A stretch of DNA of 64,000 nt from Parcubacteria group bacterium (GCA_041661275.1 JBAZUU010000001.1:35493-99492); one strand, 5' to 3'. Numbered from the stretch's first letter, positions 1 through 10,523 are shown. Notes: a model not told the origin generated them from the sequence alone. Numbers and translations: made by a program.

Positions 1-2
1 AC

Positions 3-290
3 AATGAAATGGTTGGATTTACACTCCCTCAATCCAAATTTCATATCATTTCTCTTCTTGATGAGAAAGATCACGCGCAAAACAAAAAAAGATTTTCTAT
101 CACTGCTAATATCTTAAAGAAAAAAGGCATAGGAACAACTATTATCAAGATGCCCAATGATAATATTTTCCATACTATTTTTTCAACAATGGTGCTCGGT
201 GATTGGGTTTCCTATTATCTGGCCTTGGAATATGGCCAGGATCCAACTCCGGTCGATATAGTGGAAGACCTGAAAAAGGAACTGGAATAA
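3..290 (+). CDS. Bifunctional phosphoglucose/phosphomannose isomerase, C-terminal SIS domain (partial)
   Basis: (H)NEMVG at the start and GDWVSYYLALEYGQDPTPV motif; frame is open from the window edge. Confidence 0.8.
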   Translation, partial: NEMVGFTLPQSKFHIISLLDEKDHAQNKKRFSITANILKKKGIGTTIIKMPNDNIFHTIFSTMVLGDWVSYYLALEYGQDPTPVDIVEDLKKELE

Positions 291-310
291 AAAACTTTTA
301 ACATAATCTT

Positions 311-790
311 ATGCAAAAGAAAAAGCGCAAAAAAATTGTCGTGGCGGTGAGTGGCGGGTTCGACCCTATTCATGCCGGACACATCAGAATGTTTTATGAA
401 GCCAAAGCGCTTGGAGATGAATTGGTTGTGATTTTGAATAATGACAATTGGTTTGGAATTAAAGGGCGAACTCTTTTTATGCCCGAACAGGAACGTAAAG
501 AAATTATCGAAGCCCTAAAGCCGGTAGACAGAGTCATAATCAGCAAACATAAAAAGTCCAAGAAAAAATTTGATCGCACCACAAGAGAATACAGTGTTTG
601 CCAGGAACTGGAAGAACTAAAACCGGATATTTTTGCTAATGGTGGCGACCGCTTCAAGGATGATGTTCCGGAAGTTGAAACCTGCAAAAAAATTGGTTGC
701 AAAACGGTTTTCAATATCGGCCATGGCGGCAAAGTTCAATCCAGCTCATGGCTTTTGGGGAAATACGTGAAAAAAGCCAAGAAAAAATAG
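311..790 (+). CDS. Cytidylyltransferase/adenylyltransferase family protein (HIGH superfamily)
   Basis: SGGFDPIHAGH, FANGGDR and SSS motifs. Confidence 0.85.
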   Translation: MQKKKRKKIVVAVSGGFDPIHAGHIRMFYEAKALGDELVVILNNDNWFGIKGRTLFMPEQERKEIIEALKPVDRVIISKHKKSKKKFDRTTREYSVCQELEELKPDIFANGGDRFKDDVPEVETCKKIGCKTVFNIGHGGKVQSSSWLLGKYVKKAKKK

Positions 791-829
791 TAGAATAAGG
801 CTTAAGTTAGGCATAATTAGGACTTGGGC

Positions 830-858
830 TTGACAAATTCTCGCGAGTAGTGTAATAT
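830..858 (+). promoter_or_regulatory. Sigma70 promoter upstream of rnj
   Basis: TTGACA-N17-TAATAT. Confidence 0.6.
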
Positions 859-956
859 TATGTGTTATACTACTTGTACTATAAGCATTCTTCTTTTTCC
901 CTTACCCTTCTTGATAACCTTGTCTTTTAATTTGAAAGGCTAAATTTGAAATTTTA

Positions 957-976
957 CCTGCCTACCGGCAGGCAGG
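957..976. repeat. Palindromic mini-repeat CCTGCCTACCGGCAGGCAGG
   Basis: Near-identical copy at 35682-35702. Confidence 0.7.
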
Positions 977-1116
977 AGTCAATTTTAATTGAATTTTTAA
1001 TTCAGATTTAAATCAGTTTATATTTGAATTAAAATTTTAAATTAAAAATTTAAAATTTCTTCTTAAATAATTAATCAATCGCTCATTTTATAATGAGCAA
1101 TCTTGTTACCAATTTT

Positions 1117-1226
1117 ATGCCCGGTGGTACAACTGCCGAGCACATAACATAACTTGATATTTAACTTAATCAACTCGAACGATTTATTATATTTAATAAA
1201 TTATCGTAGTTGTACCACCGGGTATG
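1117..1226 (+). promoter_or_regulatory. uORF (MPGGTTAEHIT) plus 18-bp stem covering the rnj start codon
   Basis: 1117-1134 is complementary to 1208-1225 (one G-U pair). Confidence 0.55.
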
Positions 1227-3014
1227 TTTAGAAAACAAAATATGAATCCGGCTCCGGCCGTGAGTGCGCCTGTGTCTAGCAGCGCGTTTTCGCCGAAAGC
1301 GGATTTCCAGAGACGTCCCCAGCCTATCGGCATCGGGCACGCCAGACACAATTTAAGGATCATTCCTCTCGGAGGTCTGGAAGAAGTCGGTCGCAATATG
1401 ACCATCTTTGAGTATGGCCAAGATATCATTATCGTGGACATGGGACTGCAATTCCCTGATGAAGATATGCCAGGAATCGATTATATCATTCCTGATATAA
1501 CCTACCTCAAAGGAAAAGAAAAAAATATCCGCGGCGTAATCATCACCCACGGACACTATGACCACATCGGCGCTATTCCTCACCTTATGGAGGCGTTGGG
1601 CAATCCACCGATATATATGACGGAGCTGACGCGTGGAATCGTCATGAAGCGCCAGGATGACTATAAGGACAAACAGCCTTTGAATATCCACACTGTGAAA
1701 AAAATTGACCGGATACGATTAGGTTCGTTTAACATCGAATTTTTTCATGTTAACCATACTATTCCGGATGCGGTTGGTCTTGCTATTAATTCTCCAGTGG
1801 GAACCGTCATCCATACCGGCGACTTCAAGTTCGACCATTCCCCCATTTCTGACGCGCCGGCTGATGTGGCCAAGATTGCGCGACTAGGCAGCGAAAATAT
1901 TTTGGCTCTCATGTCCGATTCCACCGATTCCAAAACTCCGGGATATTCTTTGAGTGAGTCAAAAATTGCGGAAACGCTCGATGATATTTTCGAGCAAACT
2001 AATGACGGACGACTAATCTTCGCTACATTCTCCTCGCTAATTTCCCGTATCCAATCGGTAGTAGCGGCCGCGGAAAAACACGGACGCAAAGTGGCCGTTG
2101 ATGGCTATTCTATGAAAACTAACGTGGAAATTGCGAGAACACTTGGATATTTGCAGACTAAAAAAGGAACATTCATTCCGATCAACAAAGTCAATGAATT
2201 TCCAGATAATAAGGTGGCTATTCTTTGCACCGGCTCTCAAGGCGAATCAAACGCCGTGCTTATGCGTATCGTCAACGGTGAGCATAGATTCGTGAAAGTG
2301 CATAAAAATGACACTTTCGTCCTTTCTTCTTCGGTCATTCCCGGAAACGAGAGAACAGTCCAGTCTATTATGGATACGATTTATCGGAAAGATGCCAAGG
2401 TGATAAATTACAAAATGATGGACGTCCACGCCGGAGGTCACGCGCGTCAGGAAGACTTGAAAATGATGATCAATCTTGTTCGCCCCAAATATCTTATTCC
2501 CGTTCACGGCAACTATTATATGCTCAAACTCCATGGAGATTTGGGCAAGGCCGTGGGAATGGAAGAAAAAAACATTCTCATTGGTGAGAACGGAAAAGTG
2601 ATCGAGTTCGACTATCGTCAGAACGGAAAAGTCACTTCAGAAAAAGTACCAACCAACCACATAATGGTGGACGGACTGGGTGTCGGCGACATCGGACAAG
2701 TAGTCCTTCGCGATCGCCAAGTTCTCGCCAAAGACGGAATGTTTGTCATTATTACGATAGTTGACGGAAAAACCAAAAAAATCATTGGAAAACCCCAAGT
2801 GACTTCTCGTGGATTTATTTTCGTCAAAGAAAATTTTGATCTGGTGAACGCTACTAAGAAAAAGGTAGAAGAAGTCATCGCCGCCAAAACCAAACCCGGT
2901 GAACCGGCTAACTGGGATTATGTGAAAAACAATATCCGGGAAGTGGTCGGACAATTCTTGTATACTAAAACTCAAAGAAGACCAATGGTTCTGCCGGTGG
3001 TGATTGAGGTGTAA
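1224..3014 (+). CDS. rnj: Ribonuclease J
   Basis: PLGGLEEVGRNM, THGHYDHIG, HTGDFK and HAGGHA motifs; ends RRPMVLPVVIEV. Confidence 0.95.
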   Translation: MFRKQNMNPAPAVSAPVSSSAFSPKADFQRRPQPIGIGHARHNLRIIPLGGLEEVGRNMTIFEYGQDIIIVDMGLQFPDEDMPGIDYIIPDITYLKGKEKNIRGVIITHGHYDHIGAIPHLMEALGNPPIYMTELTRGIVMKRQDDYKDKQPLNIHTVKKIDRIRLGSFNIEFFHVNHTIPDAVGLAINSPVGTVIHTGDFKFDHSPISDAPADVAKIARLGSENILALMSDSTDSKTPGYSLSESKIAETLDDIFEQTNDGRLIFATFSSLISRIQSVVAAAEKHGRKVAVDGYSMKTNVEIARTLGYLQTKKGTFIPINKVNEFPDNKVAILCTGSQGESNAVLMRIVNGEHRFVKVHKNDTFVLSSSVIPGNERTVQSIMDTIYRKDAKVINYKMMDVHAGGHARQEDLKMMINLVRPKYLIPVHGNYYMLKLHGDLGKAVGMEEKNILIGENGKVIEFDYRQNGKVTSEKVPTNHIMVDGLGVGDIGQVVLRDRQVLAKDGMFVIITIVDGKTKKIIGKPQVTSRGFIFVKENFDLVNATKKKVEEVIAAKTKPGEPANWDYVKNNIREVVGQFLYTKTQRRPMVLPVVIEV

Positions 3015-3114
3015 TCATTTCCTAAAACCTGGTTTTAGGATTAAAAAAAGGCGCGCCAACCCGCGTCTTTTTACAGTCGGTTGACATGGTTTGCACGCAT
3101 GATAAAATAGCATT

Positions 3115-3471
3115 ATGGAAAATGACAAATTAGAAAATGAATATATAACTAAGAAGGATTTGGAAGAACAAACCCAAGTCATTCTTACTGCTGTTGATTC
3201 TGTTCTGGACAAGCGCTTGACTGAAAACCTGAAAAAAGTTGAAGATAATTTACGTAGCGAAATATATATCGTAAGAAATGAGTTGAATGAAAAAATTGAC
3301 GGCGCAAAAAACGAATTGAAACATGATATAAATAATGTTCAAACCTTGATAGATGGATATGTGAAAGAGCAGGAGGAGTTTAAGCAAGAATTTGTTATCA
3401 TGAAAGAGGAAATGAAGCAGATAAAGCAGATCATAAAAGAAAAGCTTGGGATAGAAATACAGGCGATCTGA
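3115..3471 (+). CDS. Hypothetical coiled-coil protein
   Basis: 118-aa ORF with heptad pattern. Confidence 0.6.
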   Translation: MENDKLENEYITKKDLEEQTQVILTAVDSVLDKRLTENLKKVEDNLRSEIYIVRNELNEKIDGAKNELKHDINNVQTLIDGYVKEQEEFKQEFVIMKEEMKQIKQIIKEKLGIEIQAI

Positions 3472-3550
3472 TTCTTATTTTTATAATTTATTTTTATAAT
3501 TTTTTTGAGGCGCGAGCAATCGCGCCTTTTTGCTGCCAAAAAAAGTACGG

Positions 3551-3904
3551 CTAAGAGACTTTCCTAAACGTAATTTTATACACCGGCTCGTAGGCATTAT
3601 TATATTCATCTTTCAGCGCCACAGTTTTGCCGTCCATGAGCGTAGTCATAGCGATATCGGTCACCATCTGATCCAGTTCCGCCGCCTTGGCTTTCAGTTT
3701 TTCATATTCATCCCAACGCGCGCCCAATCGCGATTGCGTCATAGTTTCAATTTGCTTTTTCTTCTCGCGCAATTCTTTCACTTTCGCAGTCGTCTCTTCA
3801 TATTCATTGGCATTGACCAACGCGTCTTTATACTCTTTCCTTATCCCCTTTTGCGATTTCTTATTCTCTTGCAACTCATTGTAGACTTCTTGAATGTCCC
3901 GCAT
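3551..3904 (-). CDS. Hypothetical coiled-coil protein
   Basis: 117-aa ORF with protein-like composition. Confidence 0.7.
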   Translation of the reverse strand: MRDIQEVYNELQENKKSQKGIRKEYKDALVNANEYEETTAKVKELREKKKQIETMTQSRLGARWDEYEKLKAKAAELDQMVTDIAMTTLMDGKTVALKDEYNNAYEPVYKITFRKVS

Positions 3905-3985
3905 TTTTGTATTTTTAATAAATTAAAATAAGCCGGGTGGGCTACGAAGACAATTTTAGCATAGAATTATTATTTCTTAAAATCT

Positions 3986-4094
3986 ACCTCATCCGCCCCG
4001 ATAAGAATCGGGGCACCTTCTCCTTATAAAGGAGAAAGAAATAATGTAACGTATCCTCCCTCTCCTTTATAAGGAGAGGGATTATGGGTGAGGT
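3986..4094. repeat. Inverted pair of REP-like elements (CCTCTCC-loop-GGAGAGG family)
   Basis: Related copies at 44450-44517 and 44961-45026. Confidence 0.65.
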
Positions 4095-4226
4095 CGAGGG
4101 AGTCACTTGCTACTTTATACTTGCTACTTTATACTAAAATCATATGAAAAACCCCGTAAAGAAATTTGCCAAAAAAGTTTGTCTACAGGGTTGATCTAGA
4201 AAAATAACCAAGAAAAATCTATCTTT

Positions 4227-5222
4227 ATGGCCAGTCAAATTTCTAACGGGGCGCGGCGCATCTTTTCCGGCATACAGCCGAGTGGAAACTTACATTTAGG
4301 CAATTATCTGGGCGCCATCAAAAATTGGGTCAAACTCCAGGATGAGTATGATTCTATTTTTTGCGTGGTTGATCTTCACGCCATCACCGTTCCGCAAGAC
4401 CCGGAGAAATTACGCCAGCAAACCTTAGAAGTGGCAAAGGTATATTTGGCGTCCGGAATAGATCCGGAAAAATGTTCATTGTTTGTTCAATCTCATGTTA
4501 GTGAACACACGGAATTGATGTGGATCCTAAATACTATTACAAAAATAGCCGAGCTGGAAAGGATGACTCAATTTAAAGATAAATCTGCCAAGTCCGGAGT
4601 GGACGCGGGACTCTTAAATTATCCCGTTCTTATGGCCGCTGATATTATTCTATACGACACAAATTTAGTTCCCGTCGGAAAAGATCAGTTGCAACATATT
4701 GAAATTACCAGAACACTGGCTAATCGTTTTAACAAAAAATTCGGTGATACTTTTGTGGTTCCTGAACCTTATATCACCAAAGAAGGCATGAGAATTATGG
4801 GCTTGGATGATCCAACAAAGAAAATGTCCAAATCCGCCGCGTCTGATTATAACTATATTGCCCTCACCGATGACGAAGAAACCGTACGAAGAAAAATCAA
4901 AAAAGCCGTCACTGATTCCGGATCAGAAATTGTTTATAGCGGAGATAGGCCTGCTCTGATGAATCTCATCAACATCTATTCCCTACTGTCCGATATGCCA
5001 ACCAAAGAAATCGAAGAAAAATTCAAAGACAAGGGTTACGCTGATTTTAAAGCCGATTTAGCTGATGTAATAGTAAATTTCCTAAAACCGTTGCAAGAAA
5101 AAATCGCCGATTTGTCAGACGAAAAAGTTTTGGAAATTCTGAAGGCTGGAGCCAAAAAAGTCCAGCCAATTGCCAAAGCAAAGTTGAACGAAGTAAAAAA
5201 GAAAATCGGTTTCATCCTGTAA
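4227..5222 (+). CDS. trpS: Tryptophan--tRNA ligase
   Basis: SGIQPSG-HLGNY, VPVGKDQ and KMSKS motifs. Confidence 0.97.
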   Translation: MASQISNGARRIFSGIQPSGNLHLGNYLGAIKNWVKLQDEYDSIFCVVDLHAITVPQDPEKLRQQTLEVAKVYLASGIDPEKCSLFVQSHVSEHTELMWILNTITKIAELERMTQFKDKSAKSGVDAGLLNYPVLMAADIILYDTNLVPVGKDQLQHIEITRTLANRFNKKFGDTFVVPEPYITKEGMRIMGLDDPTKKMSKSAASDYNYIALTDDEETVRRKIKKAVTDSGSEIVYSGDRPALMNLINIYSLLSDMPTKEIEEKFKDKGYADFKADLADVIVNFLKPLQEKIADLSDEKVLEILKAGAKKVQPIAKAKLNEVKKKIGFIL

Positions 5223-5264
5223 AATATTATTAGAAGCTAAAGAGAGCCTCTCGGCTCCCTTTTT

Positions 5265-5504
5265 TTATCCACATTTAGACTCACTATCGAATTCATTATT
5301 CATCCGACTCTCTTTTTCCCGACAAAACCAACAGGGACATCCCAAGCCCTTCTTCTGGACATGCATCCCGTCACAAAGACCGTTCGGGTCTTTAGTCCCT
5401 CCGCAGGAACAAAGCGACAGTTCTGCTCCGTCTTCAGCAAGAAGACTATGCGGCAAATGTCCCGTGCCGCTCTCACTCATCGCGTACTTTTTTTCCGAAT
5501 CCAT
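5265..5504 (-). CDS. CDGSH-type iron-sulfur domain protein
   Basis: LCSCGGTKDPNGLCDGMH, plus CPCWFC. Confidence 0.65.
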   Translation of the reverse strand: MDSEKKYAMSESGTGHLPHSLLAEDGAELSLCSCGGTKDPNGLCDGMHVQKKGLGCPCWFCREKESRMNNEFDSESKCG

Positions 5505-5529
5505 ATTTTAAAGTTTAATGATTAATCCA

Positions 5530-6285
5530 TTATGACATCTCCTTAATAATCTGTCGCATCATTAGGTCTGCGGGTAAAAATTCTCCCTCCAGAGGGACAA
5601 AAAAATCTCCTTCCACTCTGGTTTTATCGGCAGAAACAGACACTCCAGCCGCGTCAATCATTTCCTTGTCATTAAGATTATCTCCGATCGCTAAGACATT
5701 TTCTTTTTTTAAATTGAGATAATTTTGCAGAGCAGTTAGACCGACAGCTTTGTTTTGAATGTCCCTGACTCCTACATCATACGCCTCTCCATTCCAAAGA
5801 CAGTACAGTTTGTCATACTTGGCCACAACTTCTTCAATTTTTTCTACCCTATCATCACAGTGAATCGTCATAATAAATTCCTTGGGTTCGAATCCTTTGA
5901 CATTCTTTTCTTTTTCAATACCTCTTAATTCTAAAAACAAATCAGAAAGATATTCAAAACTATTGATATGCTGGACTATTTTCCCTTCAATCCAAGTCGC
6001 ACTACCATTTTCATAAGTTATACTGGCAAATGGTAATATCCCTCTAAACACTTCTTGCAGCATATACAACCCCCTCCCAGAATTTATGTTTATATAAAAA
6101 CCGAGTTCTTTTAATTTTTTTATCTGTTCGATTTGCTTCGGATCTATATGCTTAGTTTGCAAGGTCGTAATATCATTTTCTTGCTTTATTTTTGTCCCTC
6201 TTGGCACAAGCACACCATCAACATCAAAAACGATCATTTTTATATCCTTCAAAACTTCTTTGGTTAATTCGTTTATCGGTTTCAT
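5530..6285 (-). CDS. HAD-IIB (Cof-like) hydrolase
   Basis: FDVDG, SGR and GDNLND motifs. Confidence 0.85.
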   Translation of the reverse strand: MKPINELTKEVLKDIKMIVFDVDGVLVPRGTKIKQENDITTLQTKHIDPKQIEQIKKLKELGFYININSGRGLYMLQEVFRGILPFASITYENGSATWIEGKIVQHINSFEYLSDLFLELRGIEKEKNVKGFEPKEFIMTIHCDDRVEKIEEVVAKYDKLYCLWNGEAYDVGVRDIQNKAVGLTALQNYLNLKKENVLAIGDNLNDKEMIDAAGVSVSADKTRVEGDFFVPLEGEFLPADLMMRQIIKEMS

Positions 6286-6312
6286 AGTATATTGTGTGTT
6301 TTAAAAAATAAT

Positions 6313-7707
6313 TTATTCTACCGCTCTCTCTGGCTCAACGGCGAACTGACTCAAATAATCAACCAGTTCTTTGTTTTTTTCTTCTAAAAGTTCTTTGGAA
6401 TTTGCTTCCAGATTCAATCTCATCACTGGCGCACTCTCGGAAATTATCAAGGTAAACCACCAGTCCGGAAATTCAACCGCAAGCCCGTCAATCTTACTAA
6501 TTTTTGCTCCAACTTTTTTGTATTTTTCCTCCAATTCAGCGGAAATGGAAATGATTTTATCACGACTTGCCAAGGGAAAGTTAGTTTCTTCTATAGTAAA
6601 ATATTTCGACTTGAATTTATCTATTATCTGTTCTAGAGTTTCTTCTCGTACCGACAGCGCCTGCAAAAAAATTAAAAAGCCTAGAATGCCATCGTCAACA
6701 CTATAAAAATCAGCCAGCATAAGGTGCCCGGAAGTTTCTCCTCCAAAAATGATGTTTTTATCCCTCCTCATTTCTAATTTCAGAGGAATGGTCCAGTGCG
6801 GAAGGACTGTCAATTTTCCGCCGAGTTTTTTTACTAAATCTTTTACCACTCGGGAAGTTTTTACTTCGACAGCTATCCCGTTTCTTGAAGATCCCTTGAT
6901 CAGATATTCACTAATAATAGCAATAAGCAAGCTTGGGTCAATTAGTTCTCCATTTCTGTTAACAGCTGAAAAACGATCCGCATCACCGTCAAAAAATATG
7001 CCCAGATCCGCGTCCACCTCTTTCATTTTTTCTATACCATATTGACGATTTTCCGCTACTCTTGGGTTGGCGGTATGATTGGGGAAAGTTCCGTCAGGCT
7101 CCATAAAAAGTGGGATAATTTCTATGTTTGAGTCAGTAAAAATTTTATCAAAATAAAGACCTGCCATACCGTTGCCGCTATCAACAACGACCTTCAAAGG
7201 CTTAAAGGGAGCTTTAATAAAATTTTTAATTTCTCTTATGTACTTTTCTGTTAAATCTTTAAGTTCTATTTTTCCTTTTTCAACATTTTCAATAAAATCT
7301 TTTTCTAAGACATCTTTTTTAAATTCCAATATTTGTTCCTTGGTGAAAGGAACTGATTTTTTGAACATTGGCTTCATACCGTTGAATTCCTTACTCATGT
7401 GAGACGCGGTTATCATGAATCCAGCATCAGCTTCTGGCGAAACTGCTAAAGAGTAGTAAAAATAAGGCGTACTTGCCAATCCGATATCAATGACATCCGC
7501 GCCTTGACTGATTATCCCATTGATTAGCGCGTCAGAAAGCGGCTTGGATGAAAGTCTGATATCGCGTGCCACCATAATTTTTTTAGCGTTAAAGAACTCA
7601 ACTGATGCTTGCCCAATTTTGTATGCCGCTTCCTCATTAATTTCTTCGGGATAAACTCCCCTGATATCATAGGCTTTGAAAATGTTCGGATTTATTGTTT
7701 TTTCCAT
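6313..7707 (-). CDS. Phosphomannomutase/phosphoglucomutase
   Basis: FKAYDIRG, TASH, FDGDADR and GGETSGH motifs. Confidence 0.92.
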   Translation of the reverse strand: MEKTINPNIFKAYDIRGVYPEEINEEAAYKIGQASVEFFNAKKIMVARDIRLSSKPLSDALINGIISQGADVIDIGLASTPYFYYSLAVSPEADAGFMITASHMSKEFNGMKPMFKKSVPFTKEQILEFKKDVLEKDFIENVEKGKIELKDLTEKYIREIKNFIKAPFKPLKVVVDSGNGMAGLYFDKIFTDSNIEIIPLFMEPDGTFPNHTANPRVAENRQYGIEKMKEVDADLGIFFDGDADRFSAVNRNGELIDPSLLIAIISEYLIKGSSRNGIAVEVKTSRVVKDLVKKLGGKLTVLPHWTIPLKLEMRRDKNIIFGGETSGHLMLADFYSVDDGILGFLIFLQALSVREETLEQIIDKFKSKYFTIEETNFPLASRDKIISISAELEEKYKKVGAKISKIDGLAVEFPDWWFTLIISESAPVMRLNLEANSKELLEEKNKELVDYLSQFAVEPERAVE

Positions 7708-7799
7708 AAAATTAGTTTAATTATTACTGCTTTTATTCTAGCATAAAGCCGTCGGATATTTCCAATAGAAGTTGTGTTTTAGTATTATAATAGAGGATT

Positions 7800-7849
7800 T
7801 AGAGGTTCGACCTCTAACACGCTCTAACGCTTTAGAGGTCGAACCTCTA
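7800..7849. repeat. Inverted pair of TAGAGGTTCGACCTCTA palindromes (REP doublet-like)
   Basis: 7800-7816 and 7833-7849 are reverse complements of each other. Confidence 0.7.
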
Positions 7850-7932
7850 AAAAGCACCCGTTGATAAAACCATTATACTATACTACTATTCGTACATTGG
7901 TATATTCGTATTAAATTCGTAATTCGTAAAGT

Positions 7933-9012
7933 ATGAAAATAGGAATAGTTGGCCTCCCCAATGTCGGGAAATCAACCCTTTTCAAAGCCCTGACTAAAAC
8001 GCCAGTGGATATTAATAATTATCCATTTTGCACTATTGAACCGAATGTTGGAATTGTTAAGGTACCCGACGAGAGGTTGGATAAGCTGGCTGAGATGTCT
8101 AAATCAAAAAAGGTGGTACCGGCTATCATTGAATTTGTGGATATCGCGGGACTAGTGAAAGGCGCTTCCACCGGAGAAGGATTGGGCAATAAATTTCTGG
8201 CCAACATCCATGAAGTGGACGCTATCGTCCATGTAGTTCGAGCCTTTCAAAATCCCAGTATTATTCACGTACATAATGAAATTAATCCCCTATCGGATAT
8301 TGAGGTGATAAATACGGAATTAATTTTGGCAGATCTAGAAACAGTCAAGAAAGTGAGAGTGCGTTTGGAAAAAGATGTCCGGGGGAACAAGAAAGGCGCG
8401 GATGTTCAACTGGCCATTCTTGAAAAGATACAGAAAACCTTAGAAAATGGAAATCTTGCCAATTCTCTGGTAGAGACGCCCCGTCGGGGCGTCTCTACGG
8501 AGCAATTGGATCTGTCAGAAGATAACACTAAAATTATTTACCGAGAATTATCCCTTCTTACTGCTAAACCTTTCATTTACGCCTATAATGTAAGCGATAT
8601 TTCGGAAAAATTATCAGACGATCTTGAAAATAAAAACCACGTGAAATTGGATATTAAGATAGAAGAAGAACTGATTGAAATGAGCGCGGAAGAAGCGTTG
8701 GAGTTGGAAATAAAGTCTAATTTAAACGAGCTTATCGTAAAAGCGTATTATACCCTCGGATTGATTACATTTCTCACGACCGGCGAAGACGAATCCCGCG
8801 CTTGGACTATACTGAAAGATTCCACCGCGCCTATTGCCGGCGCTGCTATCCACAATGATTTCAAGGACCGTTTCATCCGCGCCGAAGTCATCGCCTGGGA
8901 TAAACTCCTTGAAATCGGTTCCTGGTCAAAAGCGCGAGAACTGGGAAAACTGCAATTAGAGGGAAAAGAATATGTTGTGCAAGATGGTGATGTCATTGAA
9001 TTTAAGATATAG
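7933..9012 (+). CDS. ychF: Redox-regulated ATPase YchF
   Basis: GLPNVGKST, NYPFCTIEPN and DIAGLV motifs; C-terminal TGS domain EGKEYVVQDGD. Confidence 0.96.
   Translation: MKIGIVGLPNVGKSTLFKALTKTPVDINNYPFCTIEPNVGIVKVPDERLDKLAEMSKSKKVVPAIIEFVDIAGLVKGASTGEGLGNKFLANIHEVDAIVHVVRAFQNPSIIHVHNEINPLSDIEVINTELILADLETVKKVRVRLEKDVRGNKKGADVQLAILEKIQKTLENGNLANSLVETPRRGVSTEQLDLSEDNTKIIYRELSLLTAKPFIYAYNVSDISEKLSDDLENKNHVKLDIKIEEELIEMSAEEALELEIKSNLNELIVKAYYTLGLITFLTTGEDESRAWTILKDSTAPIAGAAIHNDFKDRFIRAEVIAWDKLLEIGSWSKARELGKLQLEGKEYVVQDGDVIEFKI
8470..8498. repeat. GTAG-type REP palindrome inside ychF
   Basis: GTAGAGACGCCCC-GTC-GGGGCGTCTCTAC, perfect 13-bp stem. Confidence 0.75.
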
Positions 9013-9156
9013 CTATTGACTAATGATCAATTAGCTATTATACTTATTTTAATCTAGAAAGCCCATAGTTTTCTCGCCCCGACGTGCGTCGGGGATAAGA
9101 AAACACCATCCGCCATGGGACTTTCTATTGGCGGTTTAATCATTTATAATCAAACT

Positions 9157-9636
9157 ATGCGATACGAACTGTTTTATCTCATCGGTGCTTCCCGCGAAGC
9201 TGACGCTGAAAAAATCAAAGAAGACATCATGAAACTGGTTACCGAAGCCGGTGGTGTTTTCGAGGAGAAGGAAACCATAGAAAAACGAAGACTAGCCTAC
9301 CAGATCAAGCACGAAACCCATGGGATCTTCATTGCTCAAAGATTCGAGCTGGACACGGAAAAAATTCCGGAGTTGAGTAAAAAAATAAACCTCTACCCCA
9401 ACCTCACTCGATTCATAATCAGCAAGGCTAACGAACTACCGGAACTAAAAACTAAAGAGGAAAGAATAAGTGAATCAATGACCAGACCTGCGCCGGTAAA
9501 AGAAGTGGAAAAGAAAATCGAAACTCCAGCCAAAAAAGAAGAAGTAAAAGAAGACACTAAAAAAGAAGAGTCGAAAGAAAAGCCGGCCAGCGACGATGAT
9601 ATTGATAAAAAATTAGAAGAAATACTAAATATATAA
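9157..9636 (+). CDS. rpsF: 30S ribosomal protein S6
   Basis: MRYEL start, KRRLAYQIK, acidic tail; rpsF-ssb-rpsR synteny. Confidence 0.9.
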   Translation: MRYELFYLIGASREADAEKIKEDIMKLVTEAGGVFEEKETIEKRRLAYQIKHETHGIFIAQRFELDTEKIPELSKKINLYPNLTRFIISKANELPELKTKEERISESMTRPAPVKEVEKKIETPAKKEEVKEDTKKEESKEKPASDDDIDKKLEEILNI

Positions 9637-9707
9637 ATTTTAAGTTTTAAATTTAAAATTTGAAATTGAATTTTAAGTAACTTAATTTTAAATTAAAAAT
9701 TAATCTT

Positions 9708-10184
9708 ATGAATGTCAATAAAGTTCTTCTCGTGGGAAGACTGACTCGCGATCCGGAGTTGAGAACTACGTCGACCGGTCAGACTGTCGCCTCCATCTCT
9801 ATGGCGACCAACAGATTCTGGAAAGACAAAAACGGACAAAGACAGGATCAGACTGAATTTCACAATATTGTTCTTTGGGGAAGACTGGGTGAGATCGCCG
9901 GGCAATATCTGACTAAGGGCCAGGAATGCTATATCGAAGGAAGGATGCAGACTAGAAAATATACCGCCAAGGACGGCCAGGAAAGAAGAGCGACGGAAGT
10001 TGTCGCTGAAAATATGCAACTTGGCTCACGTCCGCAAGGACAAGGATCAGCGCCACGTTCCGGAGGATTCACTCCATCGGCTCCCGCCCAAAATCAAGCC
10101 GCGCAATCTGCTCCAGCCGAAGCACTTCCGACCATTAATCTTGATGAGGAGGAGGAAGTAAAAATTGAAGACGTACCGTTCTAA
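9708..10184 (+). CDS. ssb: Single-stranded DNA-binding protein
   Basis: NKVLLVGRLTRDPELR; C-terminal DVPF. Confidence 0.97.
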   Translation: MNVNKVLLVGRLTRDPELRTTSTGQTVASISMATNRFWKDKNGQRQDQTEFHNIVLWGRLGEIAGQYLTKGQECYIEGRMQTRKYTAKDGQERRATEVVAENMQLGSRPQGQGSAPRSGGFTPSAPAQNQAAQSAPAEALPTINLDEEEEVKIEDVPF

Positions 10185-10291
10185 TCTCTACTAATTACTA
10201 ATCAAATACTAATATACCAATCTCTTTTATTTGTAATTAGTATATTCGTACAAAATTCGTAATTCGTAGAGAAAGAATTAATTTATTGTAA

Positions 10292-10519
10292 ATGAACCAT
10301 ATGAACGAAGTTAACGAAAAAAAGCTTTGCCATTTCTGCCAGAATAAAATAGACAAAATCGATTTTAAGGATGCCTATCTCATCCGTCGTTTTATGAATT
10401 CCCAGGGAAAGATCTATCCTCCCAAAAAACATGGGACCTGCGCTAAGCATCAAAGAACGCTGGCTAACGCCATCAAAAAAGCGCGAACCATGGCTCTTGT
10501 GCCATTTGTCGCCCGATAA
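10292..10519 (+). CDS. rpsR: 30S ribosomal protein S18
   Basis: CHFC, IDFKD and CAKHQR-AIKKAR motifs. Confidence 0.95.
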   Translation: MNHMNEVNEKKLCHFCQNKIDKIDFKDAYLIRRFMNSQGKIYPPKKHGTCAKHQRTLANAIKKARTMALVPFVAR

Positions 10520-10523
10520 TTTT

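Noticed and set aside
10431-10523. N-terminal extension of EF-P (similarly 9115-9156 for S6 and 50954-51145 for SET)
   Set aside because: These overlap upstream genes or leaders; family homology starts at downstream ATGs.
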